IMG/VR virus record: IMGVR_UViG_3300027908_000003
Span: 1-64,000 of that record
Direction: 5' to 3' (one strand)
DNA length: 64,000 bases
Source: a virus
The position numbers were made by a program, and so were the translations under genes. Position 1 is the first letter of the stretch. Every line of letters starts with the position of its first letter. The notes below the pieces were generated by a model. The model saw only the letters and a program-made list of their open reading frames with translations, did not search any database and was not told the DNA's origin. Below are positions 62,371-64,000 of the stretch, one piece after another.

Positions 62371-62904
62371 TTAGGTCAACGTCTTATCTACATCTAATTT
62401 AGCTGTTAACTCAGTCTTCCATGCCTCACCATTAATTTGAAGCATATTTATCATCACGGCAAAAGTTGCAGCCATAAAGTGCTTGCCCTCTTGACCTTTA
62501 GACTGTTTCAAGAACATCGGATACTCAGTTCCACCACCGCGCGATGCAGGAATATGCATAAAGTCATGCTCTTTCGCAAAAATAGTTCCATGATCAGCAA
62601 ATATACCAGTACCACTATCTACAAATATAGGGTATTTACCTGAAGAAGGATCTGACTCATCCGGGGTATGAATCTCAGGTATACCTACATATGCTGTTAT
62701 CTCTAAACCCTCATCATATGGACCTTTGTGCCCGGCCGCTGCCGCCATTGCCATACTTCTCTTAGGAACCAAAGCCTTTAGAGCAACCTCACCCATTAAA
62801 GCCTCATTCCTAACAAATGAAACTAGAGTATCATGTATAGCTCGCTCGCTCAGCGCGTCAGTATTACTTTTAATACTGACAATCTCAATTTCTGGCTCAG
62901 CCAT
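62371..62904 (-). CDS. tail/neck structural protein (possibly HK97 gp10-like)
   Basis: 177 aa. YPIFVDSGTGIF and GQEGKHFMAATF loosely resemble the gp10-family pattern. Weak. Confidence 0.3.
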   Translation of the reverse strand: MAEPEIEIVSIKSNTDALSERAIHDTLVSFVRNEALMGEVALKALVPKRSMAMAAAAGHKGPYDEGLEITAYVGIPEIHTPDESDPSSGKYPIFVDSGTGIFADHGTIFAKEHDFMHIPASRGGGTEYPMFLKQSKGQEGKHFMAATFAVMINMLQINGEAWKTELTAKLDVDKTLT

Positions 62905-63035
62905 TTAAGCTACTTTCAGGGCGATTGTTATCGGCAACTTGTATCTCGATTCTCTCAGCGCTGATCGCGCCGGAATGGGCTCGAAATCACAAGCGCGGCC
63001 TCGCCCTACGCTCAAGACGTTAATTCTAGCAGAAA

Positions 63036-64000
63036 TCAGATCAGCATAGGCAAAAAACTAATAACAGTGCCACCAGTGGTGGCCGATACCTTAACTGCTG
63101 ACGCTACACCCAACCATAAAGTAACAGTTCCATATGTAGCTTTAGCTACAACTTCTGTGTTTTCTGCAGGAGAACCATTGAATAACACTCCAAAAGCCCC
63201 AGTAGAAGTAACTTGTTCGTGACCTATATATCCGCTACCAAAAGTAATTGTTCCCGTTCCTATAAATAATAATGAAGCTACAACAAAATCTCCGTTTGTA
63301 CTTCTTGTTTTTGAAGTTGTTATTTCTGCAGTTGTAAGAGTTCCATTGCCTGTATTGCCTACATCTAAAGGAGACGATAATACATATTCAGTTATTGATT
63401 GAAGAGAGATATAAACAGTAGTTGAAAGGGTAACACCATTAATTATGAATGTTCCTGTGCTGCCTAATGATTTAACAGCATATTGTTGCACAGTATGAGT
63501 TTCTACTGTTTTTTCTCCGAGCTTTACAAAAGTAACTTTTGATTCTTCTTCAAAAGATAATAATGCTCCAGAAGACCCTATATAGGATATTGAGAGAATA
63601 TAATATCCAGTTGCAATTCCTGTAAAACTAGCTTTTCCTTCTAATGAAGCAGTAGCACTTTCATATCTATTTAATAGATTATTCCAAACTACTTTTTCGG
63701 TTTCTGTTGTTACAACAGCACATATCTCATATATCTTAGATTCTTTAGTATTTAATTGTTCAACTACAACTTCAATATTTTCTTCTTCTAACTTCTTATA
63801 ATTAGTTTCCAATTCCCTCGCAGTATATATAGCAATTTTCTGCCACGATGTTGCAGTACCTGAATAAGTATGTTCAAATGTTGCTGCTCCAATAGTAGAC
63901 TTAACCTTTATTTCTGATGTCCCAGCAGAAAAATATACCCATACATATAGTACAGAAGGAAATTCATATGCTGCAAAAGTAGCTTTTTTTAATTTTACTT
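63036..64000 (-). CDS. beta-rich structural protein, 5' end beyond the window
   Basis: The track ORF 63036-63812 starts at a TTG. The same frame has no stop up to position 64000 (checked by hand), so the gene is probably truncated by the window edge. Confidence 0.5.
   Translation of the reverse strand, partial: VKLKKATFAAYEFPSVLYVWVYFSAGTSEIKVKSTIGAATFEHTYSGTATSWQKIAIYTARELETNYKKLEEENIEVVVEQLNTKESKIYEICAVVTTETEKVVWNNLLNRYESATASLEGKASFTGIATGYYILSISYIGSSGALLSFEEESKVTFVKLGEKTVETHTVQQYAVKSLGSTGTFIINGVTLSTTVYISLQSITEYVLSSPLDVGNTGNGTLTTAEITTSKTRSTNGDFVVASLLFIGTGTITFGSGYIGHEQVTSTGAFGVLFNGSPAENTEVVAKATYGTVTLWLGVASAVKVSATTGGTVISFLPMLI

Noticed and set aside
1-64000. Alternative genetic code or stop-codon recoding, considered because of the aaRS, tRNAs and a PrmC-like gene.
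   Set aside because: Long uninterrupted ORFs with recognisable domains (DnaE, TMP, TerL, portal) are obtained with the standard code. Neither tRNA is a suppressor: their anticodons are UCU and UAA, reading AGA and UUA.
1-64000. Frequent CGCG/GCGC-containing short motifs next to GAAAT (for example GCGCGAAAT, GCCGAAAT) across the AT-rich genome, as a possible dispersed regulatory or modification motif.
   Set aside because: Most copies lie inside coding frames on either strand. They can be explained by Arg/Ala/Gly/Pro codon choice. I could not establish enrichment without counting against a background model.

Overview
The window reads as part of a large, AT-rich, tailed dsDNA phage genome with siphovirus-like tail genes. 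Genes are tightly packed with many ATGA/TAATG overlaps. No rRNA, CRISPR array, integrase or reverse transcriptase is visible.

Layout:
- 1-12.8 kb, + strand: a hyperplastic region of small ORFs. It holds an HNH endonuclease, a compact class II lysyl-tRNA synthetase, tRNA-Arg(UCU) and several repeated gene-boundary sequences.
- 12.8-42 kb, - strand: lysis genes (GH24 lysozyme, NlpC/P60-like), a portal-MuF fusion and TerL. Also a recombination/replication module: RuvC, Cas4-like nuclease, Dam-type methyltransferase, RecA-like ATPase, DnaE, gp32-like SSB, DnaG primase, DnaB. It also carries a second HNH, a DUF2829 (Tad2-family) gene, DUF4326 and a PrmC/HemK-like methyltransferase.
- About 42.2-42.9 kb, + strand: a lone wHTH-like gene with its own sigma70-type promoter and terminator, followed by tRNA-Leu(UAA) hidden under a spurious ORF.
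- 43-64 kb, - strand: an SF2 helicase, then the tail module. This includes tail assembly chaperones with a canonical -1 frameshift site, a 2262-aa tape measure with a lytic transglycosylase motif, a beta-helix tailspike, a LamG protein and a clan GH-A hydrolase.

The most unusual object is a roughly 2.7-kb high-GC, four-gene island at 1201-3883. It sits in frame inside AT-rich flanks, is bounded by GAGCTA on both sides, carries perfect 16-22-nt internal repeats, and abuts an HNH endonuclease.

All family assignments come from motif recognition by eye. No searches or computations were run, and GC statements are visual estimates.
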